Position numbers and translations under genes: made by a program. From the sequence record OQ992562.1: a stretch of 64,000 nucleotides of DNA. One strand, given 5' to 3'. This document shows positions 16,844 through 34,678 of this stretch, piece after piece. The notes beneath the pieces were generated by a model. That model was not told the DNA's origin and did no database searches. It saw only the letters and a list, made by a program, of their open reading frames with translations. Within the stretch, counting starts at the first letter, position 1. Every line of letters starts with the position of its first letter.

Positions 16844-16897
16844 TTATTTATGAGTAATGTATAGTTTAATCAAATATTGTAAAAAAGGAGTAATACA

Positions 16898-17530
16898 ATG
16901 CTAGCTAAAATGAATAAATTCTTTAAAGAATTACTAAACAAAAATACGGTGAATATGGCAGGACTATTCGATGATGTGGTATTGATGAATAGTTATAGTA
17001 ACTATAAACCAGATTTTAATGACACTGTAGAAGTAAATACAAAATGTGATCTACCGGCAAATGGTAAAGTTCTAGTTCTATATGTCGTTCAAGATACAAT
17101 GGATATGTATATTTGGGATGGCCAACAATATCTTTCTTATAATCCATATTCCACTGAGCAATTAGCACCAATGATTGATGACCCATCAGCATTTATTCCA
17201 TCAACCAAAGCTAATACTTCTCTAAAAGTAACTTATGGTATCTGGGCGCTTAAGAAAGATCTAGAAACTATCCAGAAGTATTCAATTGGAATGCACACTC
17301 TTCTTGATAAACATTCACTAGCACGAGTTAATGATAAGAATCCTATTAATAAGGTATTCTTCGAAACATGTCATAAAGCCCTATATACTGCACTTCGTGA
17401 ATCATACAAAAACAATATGGTTAAACCACAAATCGCAGATGCAGTTACCAAGGAAGGATGTTGGTTTGGGCGAGATCATCTATCTAATAAACTGTCATTT
17501 AAATGCGGTGAATTTAAGGTTGAATGGTAA
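16898..17530 (+). CDS. Hypothetical protein (gp125-like)
   Basis: AAGGAG RBS; 210 aa. Confidence 0.75.
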   Translation: MLAKMNKFFKELLNKNTVNMAGLFDDVVLMNSYSNYKPDFNDTVEVNTKCDLPANGKVLVLYVVQDTMDMYIWDGQQYLSYNPYSTEQLAPMIDDPSAFIPSTKANTSLKVTYGIWALKKDLETIQKYSIGMHTLLDKHSLARVNDKNPINKVFFETCHKALYTALRESYKNNMVKPQIADAVTKEGCWFGRDHLSNKLSFKCGEFKVEW

Positions 17531-17550
17531 TAATTAAGTAATGGCATAAA

Positions 17551-17572
17551 CCCCTCTCCGCATGGAGAGGGG
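17551..17572. terminator. Bidirectional terminator between convergent genes
   Basis: CCCCTCTCC-GCAT-GGAGAGGGG, T-run at 3' side. Confidence 0.8.
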
Positions 17573-17595
17573 CTATGTCTTTATTTTTTTTTTAT

Positions 17596-18039
17596 TTAAC
17601 TACTTTCAAATTCAAGAGTTACTGGTATTGTTGGTATCCACGACAAGTTATTAAAGTATGGATGTATCGTAACCGTATTCCCAGTAATAGGTTGCGGTTG
17701 TATCTCATCTATAATAAATGGAATACCGTAAACATCTCTTAATTTTTCAGCTACTTCTAAATTATCAGTATAGTCAGTTGGTTTACCCGGTACTTTTATA
17801 CCAAGACAGTACTCTGGTAAAGAGCGTCTATTAAAGTAAATAACTGTCTCACCTTTAAAATAAAGTGAACTGGTCTTCGCTCTCATTGTTGTTTTGGCAT
17901 TTGTACCAGTTGCTAAGAATGTATCAGTCCCTATAAATTCAACATCATCAACAGTTAAATCCCTAGGCTTACCATTATTATCTTTAGGTTTATTAGCCAC
18001 ATTCCAAGCAGCTACTAATTCAGCTCTTGTATCAGCCAT
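17596..18039 (-). CDS. Virion structural protein, YxR(L/R)D-type family (gp126-like)
   Basis: GAGGTG RBS; TVIYFNRRSL motif shared with 18048, 36464 and 53239 genes. Confidence 0.7.
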   Translation of the reverse strand: MADTRAELVAAWNVANKPKDNNGKPRDLTVDDVEFIGTDTFLATGTNAKTTMRAKTSSLYFKGETVIYFNRRSLPEYCLGIKVPGKPTDYTDNLEVAEKLRDVYGIPFIIDEIQPQPITGNTVTIHPYFNNLSWIPTIPVTLEFESS

Positions 18040-18047
18040 TACACACC

Positions 18048-18923
<876 letters not shown>

Positions 18924-18930
18924 TCGCTCC

Positions 18931-21111
<2,181 letters not shown>

Positions 21112-21131
21112 TTACTCACTTTAAAATTTAG

Positions 21132-23822
<2,691 letters not shown>

Positions 23823-23842
23823 TAATTTCTAAACAACATAAT

Positions 23843-23863
23843 GCCCTCCCATTACGGGAGGGC
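23843..23863. terminator. Bidirectional terminator
   Basis: GCCCTCCC-ATTAC-GGGAGGGC between convergent stops. Confidence 0.8.
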
Positions 23864-23871
23864 TTATGACG

Positions 23872-25155
<1,284 letters not shown>

Positions 25156-25252
25156 CTATTAGTCTCCATGGAATGATTGGACAATCCTATGTGAATTTCA
25201 CATCATTACGCTAACAAATTGCGCAATAGCGTTTTATTAAAGGAGGGCAACC

Positions 25253-27568
25253 ATGGCCCACGGTGAAACTGGGTTATATCCATTCGACCCCAATGGAACA
25301 AATCCCCAGAACTTTATTAAAGGTGAGCGCCAAACTCTCCAGGTACCAGATGGTGATGATTATTATTTCATTATACCATTTGCTGCACCTTTCTTTGTAG
25401 ATTCATTACGACTATTTAACCCACTGACCAATCAGACTTATGTAGAAGGTGTTGATTACCTTATTGGGCATTGGTTTATTGAAGCTATGGAATCGATAGG
25501 TAGACCTATCGCTGGATCTATACGTATCATGAAGCGTTCGATAAACGCTATGATTGGTATGGATTATCGTACAATAGGTGGGCAATGGGGATTTAGTAAT
25601 CAGCAGATCCTGGCTGAGCTTGCACGCAAACAGTATAACCCCTTGATTCGGTCATGGGGTGCAATTGGTCCATTACCTGCTTCTTTCCCACCTTTAGAAC
25701 ACAATCAACCTATTGATTCATTAGTAGGTAGTAAAGAGATTCTTGAAGGTATCGAAGGGATTATAGAAGCTATCCGTGCTGCGGCTGCCGGTACAACTGA
25801 CCAACATATTCGTGATTATAATAACCCACACAGGGTAACTAAAGCACAAGTTGGCTTGTCACTAGTTCCAAACTACGCAATGGCAAGTGATCAACAGCAT
25901 TTAGATGCTAATCGTAATGATCTATTTACGAACCCACGTGGTACATTAGCATTAGTTAATAAGTTTGCCGTAAATCCGCTTAATGCCCACATAGCGGCTA
26001 GGGGTAACGTACACGGTCTAACAGCAGCTGATATTAATTTAGGTAATGTTCCTAACTACCCAGCTGCAACACCAACTACTGCGGTAGACGTAACTAATGA
26101 TTCGGTATTATTAACACCTTATACTGCATCTATTCTCTATAGTCAGATTGGTGATGCTTCTAGAATTAATGAACTAGAAGAGAAACTTAATCAACATATT
26201 AGTAATGAAAATAACCCACACGTTGTAACTGCCGACCAGGTTAATGCATATACTAAAACACAAGTTGATCAACTACTGGCAGGACTAGGTGGTGGTGATG
26301 CTTCTACCTTTGGTGGATTAACACCTGAGCAATGGAAAGATGAATTCCCATCATTCGGTGATATTGAAAGGATGGCAGCCGGCTATAACGCTAACTGGGA
26401 TGATGTACAATTAAAGATAGATACATTACCAGTTATTGTGGATGATACTAGTGAATATGACCGAATGGAATTAATTCAAGGTGTCACGGCAGGTTTCCAT
26501 GCTTATGCTGGATTTAATAGTTGGTGGGATTGTACAATTGTCAGAGATGACTGTGTAGTTCATCCTAAATCGCCAGCTAACCCTTATGCTGTTATACCAG
26601 AGCGTTTAGGATATGCTCAGGAATCCTGGGTATCTCACCGATATGGTCAGTATTGGGTAGAGAATGGTGTAGCCAAGTCAGCATGTATCGATGAAACTAA
26701 AGTCGATGAGATGATACCAATTCCAGTAGAATGGACTGCACCTATAGATGGAAATATTCCTTCAAGTATCTGGGCGAATAAAACATCTCTGTATATGTTA
26801 ACAGGTAAGTTCATCTTTAGTTCAACAGGTGAATCAGCAATCTTTGAGCACCAAGATCTTTATCGTTGTGTTAAAGGTGGCACATCTGAACTATTAGTAC
26901 CTGCTGCTAATAAACCATGGGCTTTATTTACCAATACTGAAGACACCTATCCTGGTGAAATGACAGTTGTTGTAAACATAGGTCCAGCTAGCAGTGCTGA
27001 CTATGTATATACAGCTTATGGTATCCCAAGCTTCATTAGTGCTTTTAATGATTTTGTTAACAACACAATTAAACCATTGAATCATGTTATTGAGTCAATG
27101 TCAATTGGTTGCACCCACATCATCATGCATTCAATAGATCCATTAGTTGCTCCTGAAGATTATACATCTGAATCTAGTAAAGTACATGTCATGGAAATCA
27201 TCCGCAATGGTAATGATACATCCTTTATGGTTATCTCGCCATTATGGTTTGATGGACGTGGTAACGATGTAACTGCTAATGTAAATAGTAACCCAATTGG
27301 TGGTGTATCAGGATTGTACACACATTACACAGTGATGTATGGTGATGGCCAAATCGCTTTCTTCGGAAATAACGATAATGGACAATGTGACGTAGATGAC
27401 CATGCTGGACCATATATTCAATTGGCAGCAGGGCATAATTTCACTGTGACAGTAAATACTTTGAATCAAGTCATGTTCTGGGGAGATTCACCTGATAACT
27501 CCTTATTATGGAATGGCAGGGGTACACGTGTGAAACATATTGAACCAACTCCACCCACTGGTCCATAA
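25253..27568 (+). CDS. Baseplate/tail fibre protein with C-terminal beta-propeller (gp131-like)
   Basis: AAGGAGG RBS; NPHxVTxxQVGL repeats; RCC1-like GDGQIAFFGNNDNGQC...LAAGHNFT. Confidence 0.85.
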   Translation: MAHGETGLYPFDPNGTNPQNFIKGERQTLQVPDGDDYYFIIPFAAPFFVDSLRLFNPLTNQTYVEGVDYLIGHWFIEAMESIGRPIAGSIRIMKRSINAMIGMDYRTIGGQWGFSNQQILAELARKQYNPLIRSWGAIGPLPASFPPLEHNQPIDSLVGSKEILEGIEGIIEAIRAAAAGTTDQHIRDYNNPHRVTKAQVGLSLVPNYAMASDQQHLDANRNDLFTNPRGTLALVNKFAVNPLNAHIAARGNVHGLTAADINLGNVPNYPAATPTTAVDVTNDSVLLTPYTASILYSQIGDASRINELEEKLNQHISNENNPHVVTADQVNAYTKTQVDQLLAGLGGGDASTFGGLTPEQWKDEFPSFGDIERMAAGYNANWDDVQLKIDTLPVIVDDTSEYDRMELIQGVTAGFHAYAGFNSWWDCTIVRDDCVVHPKSPANPYAVIPERLGYAQESWVSHRYGQYWVENGVAKSACIDETKVDEMIPIPVEWTAPIDGNIPSSIWANKTSLYMLTGKFIFSSTGESAIFEHQDLYRCVKGGTSELLVPAANKPWALFTNTEDTYPGEMTVVVNIGPASSADYVYTAYGIPSFISAFNDFVNNTIKPLNHVIESMSIGCTHIIMHSIDPLVAPEDYTSESSKVHVMEIIRNGNDTSFMVISPLWFDGRGNDVTANVNSNPIGGVSGLYTHYTVMYGDGQIAFFGNNDNGQCDVDDHAGPYIQLAAGHNFTVTVNTLNQVMFWGDSPDNSLLWNGRGTRVKHIEPTPPTGP

Positions 27569-27580
27569 GAGGATTTAAAA

Positions 27581-27913
27581 ATGGCAGAAGTTACACGTCA
27601 AGAGATGGATGCTCAAATAAATGCTTCTATTAGTAATCAAGGCTTATTTACTAAGGCAGTCCTTAATAAATTCATAGCCGTTATTAATAGGATCAATGGG
27701 CATATTGCAGCTAGAGGTAACCCACATAATCTGCAACCATCGGATATTGGTCTTGGTAATGTGGCTAACTATCGTCCAGCTACTAAGAAGCGTGCACAAG
27801 AAGGTTTCAATAACACTACGTACATGACTCCTAAACGGACAGATGATTATAATCGAGTGCACATATACGGTCCACTTGCGAAATTATTTAATGACGCAGC
27901 AGACCGTCTATAA
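27581..27913 (+). CDS. Short fibre-family protein (gp132-like)
   Basis: HIAARGNPHNLQPSDIGLGNVANY repeat. Confidence 0.8.
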   Translation: MAEVTRQEMDAQINASISNQGLFTKAVLNKFIAVINRINGHIAARGNPHNLQPSDIGLGNVANYRPATKKRAQEGFNNTTYMTPKRTDDYNRVHIYGPLAKLFNDAADRL

Positions 27914-27930
27914 ACATCTGACCCGGCATA

Positions 27931-27957
27931 AGAGACACAGCCAAAAGCTGTGTCTCT
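27931..27957 (+). terminator. Intrinsic terminator
   Basis: AGAGACACAGC-CAAAA-GCTGTGTCTCT then T-run. Confidence 0.8.
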
Positions 27958-27987
27958 TTTTGCTGTTTCAGTTAAAAGGTATTTCTT

Positions 27988-29376
27988 ATGTATAATCCTA
28001 TTTTACAATTACCATTTGATCCATTAGGTACAAATCCAGATTGTTTCATTGGTAGCGAGCCTCATACTCTAGTTCAGTATCAGGGATTCGACTATAGAAT
28101 CATCAAGTTATATCATGGTGGATTCTATACAAAAGGGTTAGAAGTTTATGATGGTAAATATAATCGTTTAGTTAAAGATATTGATTATATTGTTACTTAT
28201 TATCACAAAGATGCTAGTGCGTATGTCGGTCAAGAAATATGTTCAGCAATTGTTTTCTTAAAAACACCTAGTACACCAATAGTGTATACTTCAGCTCACA
28301 TGGTAGGCGGTGATCTAGCGTTTAGTTTCACAGTTATCGACGATTATATTAACTGGTGGAAAACAAATGGTAAGCCAAAGCCAAAAGATCTCGACTACAC
28401 TGGTAACGAACCATATTGGAAAGACGGTGAGTTAGTTGGCGAACGATGGCATCTTGATACGTATCAGCCTTATAATAACGAGATGGAGTGGATAACACAG
28501 GCACTCATGGCTGGTGATACAAGCGGTGAAGATGAATACCGTAGTAAAGTTAAAGAGATTTATGATGAGTTCTTAAAGAAATTTAATGATCGCCTAGAAA
28601 AACATATTCAAGATAAAGCTAATCCACACAAGATTACCCCAACTAATGTTGAACTAGGTTTAGTTAATAACTTTCCATTGGCTACTCCAGCCATTGCTCA
28701 ACTAGGTCAATCTAATGCACATTATCTAACACCGCAGTTAGCATATGGCGTATTAGATGAAATAGCTATAAAACCACTTAATGCCCACATAGCTCGCCGT
28801 GATAATCCACATAAAGTCAAAAATACGCATGTACAGTCGTATTTGAAAAGTGATTTTGATTCACGAATTACTGGTAAATATTTAAAGACTGATACAGTAG
28901 CTAATACTAATATGGTTTATTATAAACCTAAAGGGCAACCAACTGCTACTTTAATGGGTTATAGCGATCTTATTTGGTGGATGCGTAAGAACTTTGACAC
29001 AGACGTGAACTTTACAGCTGGCGATGGCCAGAGTAATGTCATCAATATAAATCGGATTGGTTCCGGGGCAATGGGACAATGGAAAGCACCACTCCGTGGG
29101 AATGGTATTTTTACACACTTTGATCAATTAGCCACAGAGTATTCATATCCGGTTAAGTTAAAGTTTTATGCACTAGGATTACAACCATCCGTGCAAGCAG
29201 CATTAGATTTCTGTAGAACTAACTTCACTAATCCAGATGCATGGCCTATTGGATCTACTGTATTCTTCACTATTAAAGAACAGAAAATCCAGGCAGCTGG
29301 TAACGGATTGATTTTCGTTGATTATACTCCTAACTACGTGTGTTTCCGTTCACAAGGTGGCTGGGTAATTCCATAA
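27988..29376 (+). CDS. Tail fibre paralog (gp133-like)
   Basis: LPFDPLGTNP N-terminus and NPH repeats as in gp131. Confidence 0.8.
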   Translation: MYNPILQLPFDPLGTNPDCFIGSEPHTLVQYQGFDYRIIKLYHGGFYTKGLEVYDGKYNRLVKDIDYIVTYYHKDASAYVGQEICSAIVFLKTPSTPIVYTSAHMVGGDLAFSFTVIDDYINWWKTNGKPKPKDLDYTGNEPYWKDGELVGERWHLDTYQPYNNEMEWITQALMAGDTSGEDEYRSKVKEIYDEFLKKFNDRLEKHIQDKANPHKITPTNVELGLVNNFPLATPAIAQLGQSNAHYLTPQLAYGVLDEIAIKPLNAHIARRDNPHKVKNTHVQSYLKSDFDSRITGKYLKTDTVANTNMVYYKPKGQPTATLMGYSDLIWWMRKNFDTDVNFTAGDGQSNVININRIGSGAMGQWKAPLRGNGIFTHFDQLATEYSYPVKLKFYALGLQPSVQAALDFCRTNFTNPDAWPIGSTVFFTIKEQKIQAAGNGLIFVDYTPNYVCFRSQGGWVIP

Positions 29377-29387
29377 GGATAGTTTAG

Positions 29388-30761
29388 ATGAATCCATTAC
29401 TTTTACCTCTTCCATTTGATGAAACTGGAGAGAGTTATAGTAACCGAACAAAGGGTGAATACCATTCACTAGCAAAACAGAAAGGATTCCCCTATCGCAT
29501 CATCGTGATGGATAAGGGTTACTTTTACACTAAAGGAATGGTTATCAGAGATGGTAGGCAGAATGAGTTAAATCCAGAAATGGATTATCAGTGTACTGGT
29601 ATTAATCCAGAAGTAATCGAGAAGACTGGACTTGAAGCGTGTTCAGTAATTGTTATTACAAAACAAGATGTCCACGAGGATATTTACATTGATGCTCAGA
29701 TGTGCGGTGGTATATACTGTAACCTTTCCCCTTCCATATCTGAGCATGCTAACGCTCTTTTAAATAATACCCGTAAACCACATTGGTCTAATATTTTAGA
29801 TATTCCTGACCAATTTAAACCTAATGGACATATGCATGCCTATTGGGAACTTTATGGTTTTACGCCTAGAGTTGTTAAGTTAAAAGAAATAACTGACTTA
29901 TTAAAGAAAAGCTCATCAGACTCATATGACTCCATTTTAGATGAGTTTAAATATCAGTTAAGTCTAATAGAAGCTGATCTTAATACAATTGAAGCACGAC
30001 TTACTACACACATCAATGATACCACCACTAACCCACACCAGACACGTAAAGGGCAAGTGGCATTAGGTAATGTTTATAATGCTGGCATTGCAACTGAAAC
30101 ACAAGCCAAACAGCCAAATGGCGCTATCATGAATGTCTATGCTACGCCATGGTCAATGAAGTTATCAGTTGATACCAATTATACAGTTCAATATCTGGCA
30201 CACGTTAATGATGTCACCACTAACCCACACAGGGTAACGGCTGAACAATTAAATACGTATACTGTTACTCAAGCTAATATTTTACTAAATCAAAAATTAG
30301 ATAAAGGTAAAACAGCCAATACGTCTAAACTTTTATTTGGTCAAGATGTTTATAGCATGGGTGAAACAGTACGTGCTAAAATGCCTTTAAGTGTATTGAC
30401 GACTGGTCGACTAGCACCTGGTAGGATTGGTAATTCAGCTACCTGGCCAGGCCGTGATTGGACATTGATGCCTAATGGTCAATGGACTCATTTCGGTTTT
30501 ATATTTAATCGCTTCCAAAAAACAGGAACGATGGTCCACTGGAATAACACCAACTTTAAGTCTATTCAAGAAGCAATTGCTTTCCATAACACATACTTCT
30601 CAGATCCTGAACAATGGTGGCCTGGTTCGTTAGCTATTTGCCATTACGATCAAGAATTCGTTATTGGACATGGCAATGGTACAACAGCTACTTCCTATAG
30701 GAATACTCTATTCCTACGTAAAGTTGGATCAACGTGGACTAATATAGGGGAACCGGCATAA
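29388..30761 (+). CDS. Tail fibre paralog (gp134-like)
   Basis: LPFDETG N-terminus; TNPHQTRKGQVALGNV and TNPHRVTAEQL repeats. Confidence 0.8.
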   Translation: MNPLLLPLPFDETGESYSNRTKGEYHSLAKQKGFPYRIIVMDKGYFYTKGMVIRDGRQNELNPEMDYQCTGINPEVIEKTGLEACSVIVITKQDVHEDIYIDAQMCGGIYCNLSPSISEHANALLNNTRKPHWSNILDIPDQFKPNGHMHAYWELYGFTPRVVKLKEITDLLKKSSSDSYDSILDEFKYQLSLIEADLNTIEARLTTHINDTTTNPHQTRKGQVALGNVYNAGIATETQAKQPNGAIMNVYATPWSMKLSVDTNYTVQYLAHVNDVTTNPHRVTAEQLNTYTVTQANILLNQKLDKGKTANTSKLLFGQDVYSMGETVRAKMPLSVLTTGRLAPGRIGNSATWPGRDWTLMPNGQWTHFGFIFNRFQKTGTMVHWNNTNFKSIQEAIAFHNTYFSDPEQWWPGSLAICHYDQEFVIGHGNGTTATSYRNTLFLRKVGSTWTNIGEPA

Positions 30762-32152
30762 TGATTACTTTTTTACCATTAGATCTAAAAGCTAAATTAG
30801 CATCTAATTACATTGTAGATGAGGATCACACACTTATTCAAGTCAATAATAAAACACATCGCGTACTTATGTGTACACATGGTGGTTTTTATACTAAGGA
30901 CTTTAATCTACGTGATAAGAAGACTGGTTTATCTTTAAACAAAGATCAATATAAAACAACCTATCTTTATTCACAGTTATCTGAAATGACTGGCTTAGAA
31001 GTAATGGGTATTGTTGTAGTAACTGATCCTAATGTTAGTCCTAATGTCCAAGTTACATATAGAGCAGTTGGTGGTTTCTTTAGTATTTCAGCATTAGAAC
31101 TTAAAGCTGTTTTTGATAAACTTGAATTAGATGAATTAAGTTTCACTTGGGATGATATTATTGGTAAACCCGATGCATATCCGCCTGCACCTCACGGCCA
31201 TGAATATTGGCAGATTTATGGCACAGATACAATGGTAACTGAATTAAACCGAATAGCACACGCTTATCGGGTCGGTAGAAGTGCCATGGATAATGCTGCC
31301 GATGATTATTATAAAGTTTATCTCACTGATGCAAAAACCGCTGTGGACGATTATAGAGATCGAGTTACAGCACACTTAACTGATTATAATAATCCGCATG
31401 CTGATGATCGATTCAAGTTAATTCCACCGCTTGATAAGATATCCAACTGGGGTTTTGCTACTGAAGCTGAGTCAGTTAATAGAAACGTAAATAATAAATA
31501 CATGCCAATTGGTGGTATTTATCGTATTCTTAATATTGATACGTTGGCTAAACTTGCAGCACATATTAAAAACTTTAATAACCCACATGCTGTCACAGCT
31601 GACCAAGTTGGATCATATACCAAACCAGTGATGGATTCTAAAATAACTCCATTATTAGGTATTAATGAACAAGCTGCTAATGCGACCACTATTGGTGCTA
31701 CTACTAATAGTCAGGGTTATCCAGTTACTGGAACAGGTAAGGTATATCAGAATTTCTGGAATGATGTTCGAAAAGATATTCCAGCTGAAGAAGTAACTAG
31801 TGGCGTATTTAAATGGAATGCATTAGGTAAAGGTAATGCATCAATATTAAATGACCCTGAGAGATATTATCTAGCGAGCGATGGTACTTGGCAAGACTGG
31901 GTTGAAGCTTTTAAAGAGTGGAACAAAGATAAGATTAAAGCCATTACCTTAGGTCAGGTAAATAGTGAAGCAGAAGCATTAAACACGTTAAATACGATGT
32001 TTACAGATAATACCAAATATCCTGAAGGCACTTACGCTGTTGTAGGTGTTAGAACTAATACCCCCTTTGAAGCCTATTATTACCAGCAATATGTAGCAGT
32101 TAGAAATAATGGTACATGGCGTTGGATGATTCGAGCTGGAGCACTTGTATAA
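30761..32152 (+). CDS. Tail fibre paralog (gp135-like)
   Basis: GGFYTKDF, NNPHAVTADQVG repeats; TAATG coupling on both sides. Confidence 0.8.
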   Translation: MITFLPLDLKAKLASNYIVDEDHTLIQVNNKTHRVLMCTHGGFYTKDFNLRDKKTGLSLNKDQYKTTYLYSQLSEMTGLEVMGIVVVTDPNVSPNVQVTYRAVGGFFSISALELKAVFDKLELDELSFTWDDIIGKPDAYPPAPHGHEYWQIYGTDTMVTELNRIAHAYRVGRSAMDNAADDYYKVYLTDAKTAVDDYRDRVTAHLTDYNNPHADDRFKLIPPLDKISNWGFATEAESVNRNVNNKYMPIGGIYRILNIDTLAKLAAHIKNFNNPHAVTADQVGSYTKPVMDSKITPLLGINEQAANATTIGATTNSQGYPVTGTGKVYQNFWNDVRKDIPAEEVTSGVFKWNALGKGNASILNDPERYYLASDGTWQDWVEAFKEWNKDKIKAITLGQVNSEAEALNTLNTMFTDNTKYPEGTYAVVGVRTNTPFEAYYYQQYVAVRNNGTWRWMIRAGALV

Positions 32153-32754
32153 TGAATAATCCGTTATCACTCCAAGAACTATCTTTAGCTACTGCGCCTA
32201 CTGAAGATAAAGTAAAAGTACTATTAATGTTTAACCGTACTTCTGAGGTATTCCTACAAAGCGTGGGCTATCTACCTTTAGATGCATTTGATGCTAAGTC
32301 ACGTGAGCACACCATTTTTGTTGAAGCAGAAATGGGTACTTATGATGTAGTCGTAAGTAATACACCTGGTAAACAACCTACCCTTTCTGATTGGAAGATT
32401 GTTCCTAAAGAAGAAGCGCCACAAGTGATTACTGAAGATCACTTAAATAGTAAAGTGGCCTACAAAATTACTGAACGCTATCCAGTGGCTGAGCAAATTA
32501 ATATCCTTGCACGTGCAATTAAACAGCTAGCTGAAAAATATGGTCAAGAGTTAGATGAACTAGAAGAAATGCTTGATTATATTGATCTTGTTAAACGAAC
32601 TAATCGCGCGCATAAGGAGGCCCTAATTGAGAGCCCAGACGTTATCTATAAATCCAGGGAAGATCTCGACGCTGAGAAAGCACATCGATATGCAGGTGGC
32701 CTGCATGAGCTTATCGGCCCACGAAAGATCGACCAGGGACGTGTTTTCAGCTGA
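32152..32754 (+). CDS. Putative fibre assembly chaperone (gp136-like)
   Basis: Start moved to ATG 32152 (TAATG overlap); KITERYPVAEQINIL helical segment; follows fibre genes. Confidence 0.55.
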   Translation: MNNPLSLQELSLATAPTEDKVKVLLMFNRTSEVFLQSVGYLPLDAFDAKSREHTIFVEAEMGTYDVVVSNTPGKQPTLSDWKIVPKEEAPQVITEDHLNSKVAYKITERYPVAEQINILARAIKQLAEKYGQELDELEEMLDYIDLVKRTNRAHKEALIESPDVIYKSREDLDAEKAHRYAGGLHELIGPRKIDQGRVFS

Positions 32755-33187
32755 ATTTGCAGCTGACCTTGTATCTTATCTGGATACACTGGGTGATTCC
32801 TGGTGGTTTAATCGGAAAAAAATTAATAGTATCCCAACCAAAGGTATCACTGAATGTGATTATTGGTTTTTAGGTCATAACCAAATGCCAGTGGAATTAC
32901 GGGAATTACTATTTCATATTGCACCTAAGGTAGAAGGTGCTTGGTTAGGCGAAGTTCTAATCAACCGATATGAAATTGGTACAGGTATGCCTGAACACAT
33001 CGACCAAGCTGTTTATCGTTACAACATGGTTATTGCATTAAATGACAATGGCGATGGTATAACGATCAATGGTGAGTTTTATCAGGATGTACCAGGTAGG
33101 GCTACTATTTTTCCAATCCGTTCAGAGCCACATGAAGTCCCTCCAGTTAAAAATAAAAGATACGTCCTTATATATCTCTACGAGTAG
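32741..33187 (+). CDS. 2OG-Fe(II) dioxygenase-fold protein
   Basis: Probable GTG start at 32741 (AGGGA RBS); INRYxxGxxMPEHID...PHEV...KRYVL = HxD..H..R signature. Confidence 0.75.
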   Translation: MFSAEFAADLVSYLDTLGDSWWFNRKKINSIPTKGITECDYWFLGHNQMPVELRELLFHIAPKVEGAWLGEVLINRYEIGTGMPEHIDQAVYRYNMVIALNDNGDGITINGEFYQDVPGRATIFPIRSEPHEVPPVKNKRYVLIYLYE

Positions 33188-33195
33188 GGTACAAC

Positions 33196-33684
33196 ATGGC
33201 AATTAAACTTAAGACTCTATCTAAGGCAGAACTAAAAACATTAACAAAGCTTAAAGGCGAAGTTTCATTTAGAGACTCATATGGCCACCGTATGCGAGTT
33301 GGCACTAATGGCCTTAAAGCATGTAGTGTTTATAATACTTCAAAATGGTTTAATTGGACTGCTAAACAGCGTAAAGAAATTAAGCCAATTTTAGGCGAAG
33401 AACTATTTAACAAAGCACTGCAAGTATGGTTTTTAGATTTCCCCAAAATAGATGGATTTCTAGATGAGATGAATTATTGGGTAGATAAACCCGAGTCCGG
33501 TACTATTCTTGCTTGGAATATTGGACCTGATGCTAAGTTCATTTTAGATGGTGAGGAACTATTAATTGGAAAAGGTGAAGGATTAGTATTCCATCTATCC
33601 CAATTACATGAAGTAAAACGTTCCCATAATGGACAATCATGGATCTGTGTAATGGTACGTGGTGCTCCTGAAAAATTTGCTTAA
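33196..33684 (+). CDS. Degenerate 2OG-Fe(II) dioxygenase-fold paralog
   Basis: Same jelly-roll spacing: FLDEM at the HxD site, GEGLVF, LHEV; lacks first His and terminal Arg. Confidence 0.55.
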   Translation: MAIKLKTLSKAELKTLTKLKGEVSFRDSYGHRMRVGTNGLKACSVYNTSKWFNWTAKQRKEIKPILGEELFNKALQVWFLDFPKIDGFLDEMNYWVDKPESGTILAWNIGPDAKFILDGEELLIGKGEGLVFHLSQLHEVKRSHNGQSWICVMVRGAPEKFA

Positions 33685-33694
33685 CAGCATAAAT

Positions 33695-33712
33695 CCCCTC
33701 CATGTGGAGGGG
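33695..33712 (+). terminator. Stem-loop terminator
   Basis: CCCCTCC-ATGT-GGAGGGG. Confidence 0.7.
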
Positions 33713-33749
33713 AACTCTTACAAATTTACTCAATAGTACAGTGTACTAA

Positions 33750-34676
<927 letters not shown>

Positions 34677-34678
34677 AT

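Noticed and set aside
27581-28000. Programmed frameshift fusing gp132 to gp133
   Set aside because: A strong terminator lies between them and no convincing slippery heptamer precedes the gp132 stop.
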